Below are positions 1 through 7,010 of a DNA stretch of 10,707 nucleotides, in pieces. Every line of letters begins with the position of its first letter. Position 1 is the first letter of the stretch. Below the pieces are notes generated by a model. That model saw only the letters and a list, made by a program, of their open reading frames with translations, did not search any database and was not told where the DNA came from. The stretch covers positions 1 through 10,707 of the forward strand of contig WAKA01000182.1 of the NCBI GenBank assembly GCA_015523565.1. The letters run 5' to 3'. The position numbers were made by a program, and so were the translations under genes. The stretch is from Candidatus Heimdallarchaeota archaeon. Lineage in GTDB: Archaea; Asgardarchaeota; Heimdallarchaeia; Heimdallarchaeales; Kariarchaeaceae.

Positions 1-24
1 AACTAATGCCTCGAATTGTGGAAT

Positions 25-61
25 GTTTCAATCCTATTTCTAGGTTTTAGGCGTTCGCGAC
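25..61 (-). CRISPR. Single CRISPR-type direct repeat A (37 nt), probably the leader-proximal repeat of an array extending left beyond the window; 1-24 would be a partial spacer
   Basis: Minus strand reads GTCGCGAACGCCTAAAACCTAGAAATAGGATTGAAAC: 37 nt, canonical ATTGAAAC 3' handle, internal CCTA-N4-TAGG hairpin. It sits at the window edge, and only one copy is visible. Confidence 0.75.
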
Positions 62-202
62 TACGGGTGATTCTTCATTCTCAGACTCCCTACATAAACG
101 TTTCGAATTACGTAATGTACATTGCACTGTTTTGAACAGGGCCACTTCCAGCCACTCTCCTCCAAGAATTTTGGGGGTGATTCTAAATGCCCATATTTTC
201 AT
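62..202 (-). promoter_or_regulatory. Putative CRISPR leader with archaeal BRE/TATA promoter
   Basis: Non-coding region next to repeat A. Minus strand TTCGAAACGTTTATGT (106->91) resembles BRE (CGAAA) plus TATA about 30 nt upstream of the repeat. The 10-bp direct repeat GGGTGATTCT occurs at 65-74 and 175-184. Confidence 0.55.
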
Positions 203-952
203 TCATATCTTGATCTCTATCGGGTCAAAGTTGATGGCGTCTGCCGAAACGCAATAAATGGGGATATTTTTCACAATGAAAGGGTTGTTGATCAGGTAAG
301 TGTGCACATGGCCGCAGACAACTACGTCGGGTTTGAATTCAGCAATGAGATCCATCATCCTCTCATCAAATTCTTCCTTGTAATTTGGGTTTCCTGGATT
401 GCAGTTTGGGATTTTTGAGATTATTGCATTCCAAACTTCGTTGGTTGGGGGGAAGTGTAGCAGGACGACAAGCTTTTCCACATCCGGCAATGATTCCAGT
501 GATGTTCTCATCCGCCTCAATTCCCTGTCCAATATTTTCTCATTTTCCTCATGCCCTTTCCTTCTGCTCCATCCCCTTGTCCCTGCAATGCCAATGCCAT
601 TGACTGAATGGGAATTGTTGTGGATCAGTCGCATTGTTGATATTTCATTGTCCATGCTTTCCAAGATCCTTTTTGCCTTTCTTTCATCACTGAACAGCCT
701 GTCGTGGTTTCCTTTCACAAGGTATTTTTTTCCGGGCAGGCTTGCGAGGAATTCAAGGTCTACCATGCCGTTCTTGAGGTTGTTTGCCCAACTTATGTCT
801 CCAGGTACGAACACAATGTCATCCTTGCTGATTTTTGAGAGCCAGTTTTTTCTTGTCTTTTCCATGTGATTCTGCCAGTTTTCCCCGAACCTGTCCATTG
901 ATTTTCCTTTTGAGGATGGAAGGTGGAGGTCACTTATTGCAAAAAAGTTCAT
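203..952 (-). CDS. Calcineurin-like metallophosphoesterase (DR1119-like)
   Basis: Motifs SDLHL, PGDISW, KGNHD, LLHFPP and CGHVH. I moved the start from 994 to the ATG at 952 (MNFFAISDLH), which has a TTTTAT box about 25-30 bp upstream. Confidence 0.92.
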   Translation of the reverse strand: MNFFAISDLHLPSSKGKSMDRFGENWQNHMEKTRKNWLSKISKDDIVFVPGDISWANNLKNGMVDLEFLASLPGKKYLVKGNHDRLFSDERKAKRILESMDNEISTMRLIHNNSHSVNGIGIAGTRGWSRRKGHEENEKILDRELRRMRTSLESLPDVEKLVVLLHFPPTNEVWNAIISKIPNCNPGNPNYKEEFDERMMDLIAEFKPDVVVCGHVHTYLINNPFIVKNIPIYCVSADAINFDPIEIKI

Positions 953-1039
953 CACATATTTTTTGCTGTTGGCATTGATAAAAGCATCGGACAATTTTCA
1001 AAGCTTGGATTTTTATTTTCCCCATTCTTGATCCAATTA

Positions 1040-1603
1040 ATGCTGGATCAGGAATTGCGGGAACTTAAGGATCGCCTGTTGTCCAGGTTTCTTCCCTCTG
1101 TTCCATTTTCGCCTGCTCTGATAACTGCTTTTGGTCTTGCTGTTGGAATCGCCTCAATTGTGCTGATTTGTTTGGGGATGTTGCTTCCAGCTTTCCTGCT
1201 CTTCTTGGTAAACCGTTTCGCGGATATCGTCGATGGGGCGGTTGCAAGGCAACAGGGATCAACTTCCAAAGGTGCAATGCTTGACCTGTTCGCGGATTAT
1301 GTGATATACTTGGGTGTGCCCTTGGCAATTGCTGCCAGCTTTCCCTCTCTTCAAATTCTGGTCTCCGTAATGTTTGCGCTTTTTGTGCTCAACCTCTTGC
1401 TTTGGACTTACCCCCAACTGTTGCGTCCCATTGAATTGCCGCCCAACCAGAAATACCCTCGAAGTCTTGTCGAGGGAACAGAGACCACGATATTTTATTG
1501 CTTGTTTATCATGTTCCCTTCTGTTCCCCTGTTCCTTGTTTTCAATTTTCTATTGCTCATCACTGTACTGCATCGATTATTTCACGCGCTGTCTTCACTT
1601 TAG
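1040..1603 (+). CDS. CDP-alcohol phosphatidyltransferase family membrane protein (YnjF-like)
   Basis: Signature ADIVDGAVAR...GAMLDLFADY (DxxDGxxAR..G..D..D), hydrophobic helices and a C-terminal LVEGTET motif. ATG 1040 avoids overlap with the divergent gene and has TTTTAT at about 1011. Confidence 0.9.
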   Translation: MLDQELRELKDRLLSRFLPSVPFSPALITAFGLAVGIASIVLICLGMLLPAFLLFLVNRFADIVDGAVARQQGSTSKGAMLDLFADYVIYLGVPLAIAASFPSLQILVSVMFALFVLNLLLWTYPQLLRPIELPPNQKYPRSLVEGTETTIFYCLFIMFPSVPLFLVFNFLLLITVLHRLFHALSSL

Positions 1604-2363
1604 CAAGCTTCCGTTTTCTTTCGGCATATGAGACAACTTGTTCCTTTAAACTATTGAGAAATCCTGAATCTATGTCTGCAACGCTTTTCAAATCAGAGAA
1701 CTGCCTTGAAATCATCTCATAGATCTCTTTCCTGTCTGCAAACAAATGCTCTATTTCTGTCCTGATGAAGAACAGGATCAGGACGATTTCCTTTCCATTC
1801 AATCTCTCGTCTGCACCTTCCGCCCTGATCATGGCTTGGGCGGCAAATGAATGGTAGGCTTTACAGTTCCTTGCAGGCAATGGTCCAAAGAACCCAAGAT
1901 TGACATTGCTTTCATCTTGATTGATTTCGCCTTGACCGAGTGATGCAAACCATGTGATTGTCATATAGTCCAGAAATGCCTTCTGTTGCGTTGAATCCTG
2001 TACGAACGGGAATTTTTCATTCACTATTGTTTCTGCCCCTGTCCTGCCAAACCTTTGGATTGCAATGTAGATCATCCTTGACAGGTCTTCATTGTTTCCT
2101 GTCATTTCCCTTGGGGGGATTATGTCTTCCAATATTTCTGCATAATATTCTTCGTCAATGGGAATTTTCCAGACTATGGCAACTCCTTCCTTTCCATTTG
2201 TTTGATGTGATTTCCCGTTTTCAGCATCATTCATCCTTTTTGCGATAAGCAGGTTTCTTCTAGCCTCATTGGAAAAAATGACCTTTCCTTGCATGTTCTT
2301 AATTTCCACTGCAAAAGGGAGCTTTTGAAGAACCTGCTCCCAAGGAACTTCGCCAGTCACCAA
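1560..2363 (-). CDS. PAS-like sensor domain fused to a longin/uDENN-like (Asgard-type) C-terminal domain
   Basis: The N-terminus VLQKLPFAVEIKNMQGKVIFSNEA...WKIPI...EILEDI fits a compact PAS. The C-terminus IYIAIQRFGRTGAE...SLGQG...GFFGPLP...ADERL...LILFF resembles longin/uDENN-like domains. The start could be TTG 2363 or GTG 2360. Confidence 0.65.
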   Translation of the reverse strand: MVTGEVPWEQVLQKLPFAVEIKNMQGKVIFSNEARRNLLIAKRMNDAENGKSHQTNGKEGVAIVWKIPIDEEYYAEILEDIIPPREMTGNNEDLSRMIYIAIQRFGRTGAETIVNEKFPFVQDSTQQKAFLDYMTITWFASLGQGEINQDESNVNLGFFGPLPARNCKAYHSFAAQAMIRAEGADERLNGKEIVLILFFIRTEIEHLFADRKEIYEMISRQFSDLKSVADIDSGFLNSLKEQVVSYAERKRKLAKVKTAREIIDAVQ

Positions 2364-2940
2364 TTATATATATAAATCCCCATATTAAAAATTTCTATGA
2401 TAAAAAATTTATTTACTATACTTTACTGCACAATTATGGACAAGGCATTGATTTGCATTCCTGCAATACTCTTCCTTTAACCCACATGCCTTTTGGCAAT
2501 CCATTATTTTGAATCTGAATTAAATCCCTACAATTTAGGAATGTCATGCAACTCAAGAATCGTTGATGCAATTGTGCATGGTTTTTGTTTTCTCACTGCA
2601 ACATTCAATTCATTTCTTCATGATGCCGCCATTCGCCAACATTTTTGCAGATAATGATTTGTACATGTCACAGCAAATGAAAAGAATTTTCTTGAAGTTG
2701 GGGTTCTCTCTTCATAAGCTTCTGCTATGGGAACTGCATTTCCCCTTTCCAAACAATCCCTGACTCTGCAACCCAAACCTTGGAAGGAAACGACTCTTCT
2801 TGGGAGGTCTTTTTTGACGGCAATTGGTGTCACATTTATTCCAAACTCTAACAAAAGAAAAAAAGCATTGGAAATATCCTTTTTTCGAAAGCATGAACTA
2901 ATGCCCAAAAAAATTTAAATTTTCTAGCCCCATTTGAATC

Positions 2941-3558
2941 ATGGGAAAAACATTTGTTGTTTTTTGCACAATCCTCCTTCTACTTTCTGGCTTGTCTGCT
3001 GTAAGTGCAGAACGTTTCCAATTGGACTATTCCGTGGATATTGTTGGGTTTACCTTGCTCCCGAACGATCAAATGATGTTGGGGATGAACGTGACTGGTT
3101 ATTTCCAGAATGAAGTTGAATTCGTCAATGGCACCCAAATCTCGGGACTGATCAATTCAAGTTCAATGACATTTTCAGTTGGTTTTGAGGTCAACAGATC
3201 GTCAATCCCGCTCATCTATTCAGGTTATACTTTTTTTCTAAATGAGACGGTTCTAGTTCCTGTGAGAGTGATATTCCATTTTGCATGGAAGGTGAATGGG
3301 ACGGTGACTCGTTATCCAGGCTTCAATTTCACTCTTCCTTCTGATTTTCTTGATGAAGACGGTCAATGCCTTGGGACAGTCTCTTCACTGGCATGTGAGC
3401 GGGAATTTTCGTTTCAATATTGGAATGTGACTGCGGAATTTACCAATAATTTCTGGGATGTCCCTGAGGATTCCCCTGGCAGTGTCTTTCCCCTTCTCTT
3501 GATCCTTGGTATCCCCGTGCTTTTGATCTTTTTGGTTTACAAGTATCTTGACAGGTGA
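2941..3558 (+). CDS. Secreted, C-terminally membrane-anchored surface glycoprotein (hypothetical)
   Basis: Signal peptide MGKTFVVFCTILLLLSGLSAVSA, 8 N-x-S/T sequons, and a C-terminal SPG + TM helix + YKYLDR tail. TTTAAA lies at 2914-2919. Confidence 0.8.
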   Translation: MGKTFVVFCTILLLLSGLSAVSAERFQLDYSVDIVGFTLLPNDQMMLGMNVTGYFQNEVEFVNGTQISGLINSSSMTFSVGFEVNRSSIPLIYSGYTFFLNETVLVPVRVIFHFAWKVNGTVTRYPGFNFTLPSDFLDEDGQCLGTVSSLACEREFSFQYWNVTAEFTNNFWDVPEDSPGSVFPLLLILGIPVLLIFLVYKYLDR

Positions 3559-3662
3559 CGCTTGAAACCAGCCAATGGTCGCAATTTTGTCCAAGATAAT
3601 GCTGTTGCATATATGGTAATTCAATGGCAAAAAATTAAATTCCTACGCTTCACTTCACAATT

Positions 3663-4142
3663 ATGAACAAGAAACTGCTTGGCATTCTGCTAATCCTGTC
3701 ACTTTATCCCATCAGCCTTCTATCAATCTATCTCTTGGCACCAGATCCAAATACAGGGAATTTCCCTTCGAGATGCCCTGAGACTCCAAACTGTACACGG
3801 GTGGCTGATATAAATGTACGTGGTTATGGTCTTTCTCCTTTAACATTCAATACGTCCCTTTCATCCCTTCATGATGCAGTCGTCCAATGGATCAATGACC
3901 AACCCCGTACAACTGTTTTGGCTGATAATGGAACTTTTATCCATGCGAAATTCCTCACTGCCTTCTTTCGGTTTCCAGATGACTTCTACCTGTTCCTTTT
4001 CTGCCAAAACAACAGCGCAACACTTTGGGTACAAAGCCAATCACGTCTTGGCAAAAGTGATCTCAATGTCAATGAGGATAGGGTGCAAGCTTTCTTCTCT
4101 TATCTGTCAACTCTTTCATTGCCCCAACAGGATTGTAGCTAA
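3663..4142 (+). CDS. DUF1499 domain-containing protein
   Basis: N-terminal TM followed by CPETPNC, FIHA, FRFPDD and SQSRLGKSDLNVNEDRV motifs typical of DUF1499. Confidence 0.88.
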   Translation: MNKKLLGILLILSLYPISLLSIYLLAPDPNTGNFPSRCPETPNCTRVADINVRGYGLSPLTFNTSLSSLHDAVVQWINDQPRTTVLADNGTFIHAKFLTAFFRFPDDFYLFLFCQNNSATLWVQSQSRLGKSDLNVNEDRVQAFFSYLSTLSLPQQDCS

Positions 4143-4270
4143 TACCATTTCCCAACAGGATTGTAGCTAATACCATTTCCCAACAGGATTGCGTCTAATA
4201 CCATTTCCCAACAGGATTGCGTCTAATACCATTTCCCAACAGGATTGCGTCTAATACTATTTCCCAACAG
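4123..4270. repeat. Spacerless 28-bp tandem repeat, 5 full copies plus a partial copy
   Basis: Unit CCCAACAGGATTG(TAG/CGT)CTAATACCATTT starts at 4123, 4151, 4179, 4207 and 4235, with a partial copy at 4263. The first two copies are the TAG variant and the next three the CGT variant. Confidence 0.97.
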
Positions 4271-4272
4271 AA

Positions 4273-4665
4273 TTAGTACCATTCCCAAATGCCCAAAAGC
4301 ACACCGATGATTTCCACTACGACATAGAGCCAGAAGATATACAGCAGAGTGCCTGCAATCAATGCAAGCAATGTGATGTTGATGATGCGTGTCTTTTGCC
4401 TTTTTGCCTCATCAAGACTGCAAACCCCTTCCTTCTTATAGAAATAATATGCCAGTCCCAATAACAGTGCGACTAATGCCACTCCTCGGAATGCCCATCT
4501 GTACCCATAATACAGGGTATCGGATAGAGATGCGGCAAAGCTGACACTGCTTAGACCAAGCAAGACAAGGACAACGGGTGTGAAACAGCAAAGCCCTCCC
4601 AAAAACGCACTTATGGATAGCACTCCCTTGAGTTTCCTCAACTCATCGATTGCATTCATAAACAT
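4273..4665 (-). CDS. MerF/MerT-like heavy-metal transport membrane protein
   Basis: GLCCFTPVVLVLLG matches the vicinal-Cys first helix of MerF. There are about 3 TM segments and an extra Cys in the loop (EGVCS). An alternative start is at 4659. Confidence 0.7.
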   Translation of the reverse strand: MFMNAIDELRKLKGVLSISAFLGGLCCFTPVVLVLLGLSSVSFAASLSDTLYYGYRWAFRGVALVALLLGLAYYFYKKEGVCSLDEAKRQKTRIINITLLALIAGTLLYIFWLYVVVEIIGVLLGIWEWY

Positions 4666-4713
4666 AACTGGTTGATTATACTTATAAACAATCGGTTCCC
4701 TGAAAATGAGTCC

Positions 4714-5130
4714 TTAGTTTGCCTTATCCACCAGACGTTTCCATTCTATCTTTGGACATTTGTCCTCTATGTATAATAATCCCTTCTCTTCTGCGGCACG
4801 CCTTGCCTCTTCCGACCGAACCCCCAAAGGTAGCCAGATCAATGGAATGCCCTTTTCTGCGGCAACCTTTGCCTGCTCACCGACAATTTTCTCGTTCAGG
4901 TAGAGAATGACTCCATCAACTTTCTCATTCAAGTCTGCCAAGGAAGGAATGACTGGATCACCAAGTACCTCCTTTTCACGGGGATGAATCGGAACCAGTT
5001 TATGCCCCTTTTCCTTCAAAAATCTTGAAATCTCATTGCTTGTCCGCTCAGGCTTTGAAGAAGCACCCACAATGGCGATTTTGCGGGGCTTTGTCAAAAA
5101 CTCTATGATTTGCTCATCTGTCGCTTCCAT
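4714..5130 (-). CDS. CoA-binding protein (YccU/CoA_binding_2 family)
   Basis: Motifs KIAIVGASSKPERTS, VPIHP, SLADL..VD, IWLPLG and DKCPKIE. Confidence 0.93.
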   Translation of the reverse strand: MEATDEQIIEFLTKPRKIAIVGASSKPERTSNEISRFLKEKGHKLVPIHPREKEVLGDPVIPSLADLNEKVDGVILYLNEKIVGEQAKVAAEKGIPLIWLPLGVRSEEARRAAEEKGLLYIEDKCPKIEWKRLVDKAN

Positions 5131-5197
5131 ACTTGAATCATCCCTTGCTCTCTATAAAAATAATTCAGCTTAAGAAATTCCCTGTTCCATAAGTTTT

Positions 5198-5258
5198 GAT
5201 GAAATTTTGCCTAGACGAAATTTTGTCTCCGAAGTACGATGAATTCTTGCAATATTGC
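5198..5258. promoter_or_regulatory. Putative operator cluster in the divergent CoA-binding/pcp intergenic region
   Basis: Imperfect direct repeats GATGAAATTTTGCCT (5198), GACGAAATTTTGTCT (5214) and GATGAATTCTTGC (5238). Also a quasi-palindrome AGACGAAATTTTGTCT and a perfect palindrome GCAATATTGC at 5249-5258. Confidence 0.35.
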
Positions 5259-5310
5259 CCGATTTTCCCCCATTTCAAAAGATACATAACGTGACACACG
5301 AATATAGATT

Positions 5311-5940
5311 GTGAAGGCTCTTCTTACTGGTTTTGAACCATTCGGCGGCTATGGGACAAACCCGACGCAGATGCTTGCAGAACATTTCAACGGAATGAAC
5401 TTCCGTTCCATCTCTGTTGTCGGAAGGGTAATTGAACTCAAATATGGCACAATAAGGCATCAAATCAGGGAGCTTGTTGATGCTGTTCAACCCGATTGCA
5501 TTGTCATGACTGGACAATCCGCAAGAAACGCAATCACCCCTGAACGAATTGCCATAAATTATGCGGAATCATCTACTCCCTACAACTGTGGAACCAAAGT
5601 GGACGGTGAAATCCTCGATCCTGAAGGAGAGGACGGGCTTTTCTCAACACTCCCCCTGAAAGAAATTGTGCATGAACTAAGGAACCAAGGCATCCCATCA
5701 TATGTCTCGCTTTCCGCTGGAACCTTCGGGTGCAACCAAATATTCTATGAATGCCAACGATACCTCAAACTCAAAAACATAAACATTCCGTCAGGATTTA
5801 TTCATGTCCCTCTCCTACCTGAACAAGCAAAAAACGGGAAGTTTGCATCCATGCATTTCGACCTGATGATACGTGCATTCGAAATCGTATTCAAGATACT
5901 TGACAATGTTTGTCAATCCACGGAAATGCGACATGGATGA
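5311..5940 (+). CDS. pcp: Pyroglutamyl-peptidase I (pyrrolidone-carboxylate peptidase, C15)
   Basis: LLTGFEPFGG, PERIAIN (E78), SAGTFGCN (C141) and GFIHVP (H165) give the catalytic triad. GTG start. Confidence 0.96.
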   Translation: MKALLTGFEPFGGYGTNPTQMLAEHFNGMNFRSISVVGRVIELKYGTIRHQIRELVDAVQPDCIVMTGQSARNAITPERIAINYAESSTPYNCGTKVDGEILDPEGEDGLFSTLPLKEIVHELRNQGIPSYVSLSAGTFGCNQIFYECQRYLKLKNINIPSGFIHVPLLPEQAKNGKFASMHFDLMIRAFEIVFKILDNVCQSTEMRHG

Positions 5941-5962
5941 ATGCTCTATCCCAGAACCTGAA

Positions 5963-6012
5963 CTAAACTTCAACCAATCTCTTTCAGGACTAAACTTCAA
6001 TCTCCTTCAGGA
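5963..6012. repeat. Imperfect tandem duplication of the antitoxin gene 3' end
   Basis: CTAAACTTCAAccaaTCTCTTTCAGGA (5963-5989) versus CTAAACTTCAATCTCCTTCAGGA (5990-6012). Confidence 0.8.
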
Positions 6013-6310
6013 TTTCATCCCTTGTTCGTGATGTGTGCCTGTCCATTTCCTCAGTTATTGGGGGTTCCACGCCTGCCTCCTCAATCAGCATGAATGCCTC
6101 TGACAGTGTGAGGTTCCCTCTTTTACAAAGCTCAAGCATTCCGATTTTCCCTTCTGCATAAAGATTCAAAAGCACCTCCCGCTTCCAATTCCTAAATGCA
6201 TCCAATGTGGCTTCTCGAAATACAGTCCCCATTTGGCTTCCAACCAACTTTGTATACCACCTGAGAAATTCCACCTCTTCATTCGGAATCTTAAAGGATA
6301 TTTGTCCCAT
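5990..6310 (-). CDS. UPF0175-family putative antitoxin with N-terminal RHH-like DNA-binding segment
   Basis: QISFKIP beta strand plus helices (RHH-like). LYAEGKIGMLELCKRGNLTLSEAFMLIEEAGV resembles the UPF0175 HTH. Adjacent to a PIN gene. Confidence 0.75.
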   Translation of the reverse strand: MGQISFKIPNEEVEFLRWYTKLVGSQMGTVFREATLDAFRNWKREVLLNLYAEGKIGMLELCKRGNLTLSEAFMLIEEAGVEPPITEEMDRHTSRTRDEILKEIEV

Positions 6311-6321
6311 AAATAAAAATC

Positions 6322-6348
6322 AACCATAACCTATTTAAAAATATGGTT
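6322..6348. promoter_or_regulatory. Bidirectional TATA box flanked by an inverted-repeat operator
   Basis: AACCATA (6322-6328) N13 TATGGTT (6342-6348) encloses the palindromic TTTAAA (6334-6339), which lies about 24-26 bp from both divergent start codons (6310 and 6365). Confidence 0.65.
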
Positions 6349-6364
6349 TGAAAATCAAACATCA

Positions 6365-6847
6365 ATGCATACTTTTCTTCTAGATACCATTTCATTCGGA
6401 AAATTGATAAAATTAAATTTTCCATCCCTCTTGAATTGCTTCAATAAAAACAAAATATGCATAACACATCCTGTTTTGGATGAAATTATGCACCATTTTG
6501 GTCAAAAGGGAAGGGAATTCTCAAAACATTTCACATTACTACCATTGAGAGACTTTGATTACAGTGAATACTTCAAGTTAGGGTTGGATTACGCTGATGC
6601 ATCACTTCTTGAATACCAAATTGGTGATGAAATTATCATCTCAGAAGATCATCCACTAATTGCATATGCAACATTCCATCGAAAAAGAGCAATTCAATTG
6701 ATTGATTTTCTATTATTTTGCTCAAAGATGGGTGTTATTGACAATAAAACACTTTATCGATGCAATCATGAATTAAGAAAAATGAAAAATATCACAAAAA
6801 AAAAGCACAAGGAAGTTAAGCAATATCTTGCTGGAACAAATTATTGA
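6365..6847 (+). CDS. vapC: PIN-domain (VapC/DUF3368-like) ribonuclease toxin
   Basis: Acidic PIN tetrad LLD7T, VLDE40I, YAD78AS and SED95HPL. The gene is AT-rich. Confidence 0.82.
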   Translation: MHTFLLDTISFGKLIKLNFPSLLNCFNKNKICITHPVLDEIMHHFGQKGREFSKHFTLLPLRDFDYSEYFKLGLDYADASLLEYQIGDEIIISEDHPLIAYATFHRKRAIQLIDFLLFCSKMGVIDNKTLYRCNHELRKMKNITKKKHKEVKQYLAGTNY

Positions 6848-7010
6848 ACCATATGGGCCTTTAAGAAGCTGTTTCATATATCGTAAATAGACCCTCTGAA
6901 ACTATAAGATATTCTATCTAATAAATTGTTTAAAGAATTGCTGTAATCTAAATTTTTCTGATGTTTATCCTGCCCACACATACAAATTCTCACGTGCGGA
7001 AAATCGAAAA

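Noticed and set aside
99-136. GTTTCGAATT... 37 nt after repeat A as a second degenerate repeat
   Set aside because: Similarity is limited to GTTTC, and it is better explained as the BRE/TATA element of the leader.
923-1039. Upstream extensions of the ORFs at 923(+) and 994(-)
   Set aside because: They would overlap head-to-head. Starts at 1040 and 952 fit the family N-termini and TATA spacing.
1560-1603. 44-bp convergent overlap of two genes as a regulatory system
   Set aside because: Short 3' overlaps are common in compact archaeal genomes, and there is no further supporting signal.
2524-2908. ORF 2618-2908(-) extended by TGA read-through as a selenoprotein, and other short ORFs in this gap
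   Set aside because: No recognisable protein features, no redox motif around the TGA and no SECIS that I can identify.
4123-4270. 28-bp repeats as a CRISPR array
   Set aside because: The units are contiguous with no unique spacers, and the unit derives from the flanking gene ends.
6853-6860. ATGGGCC as an att duplicate of the tRNA 3' end
   Set aside because: The match is too short and no integrase is present.
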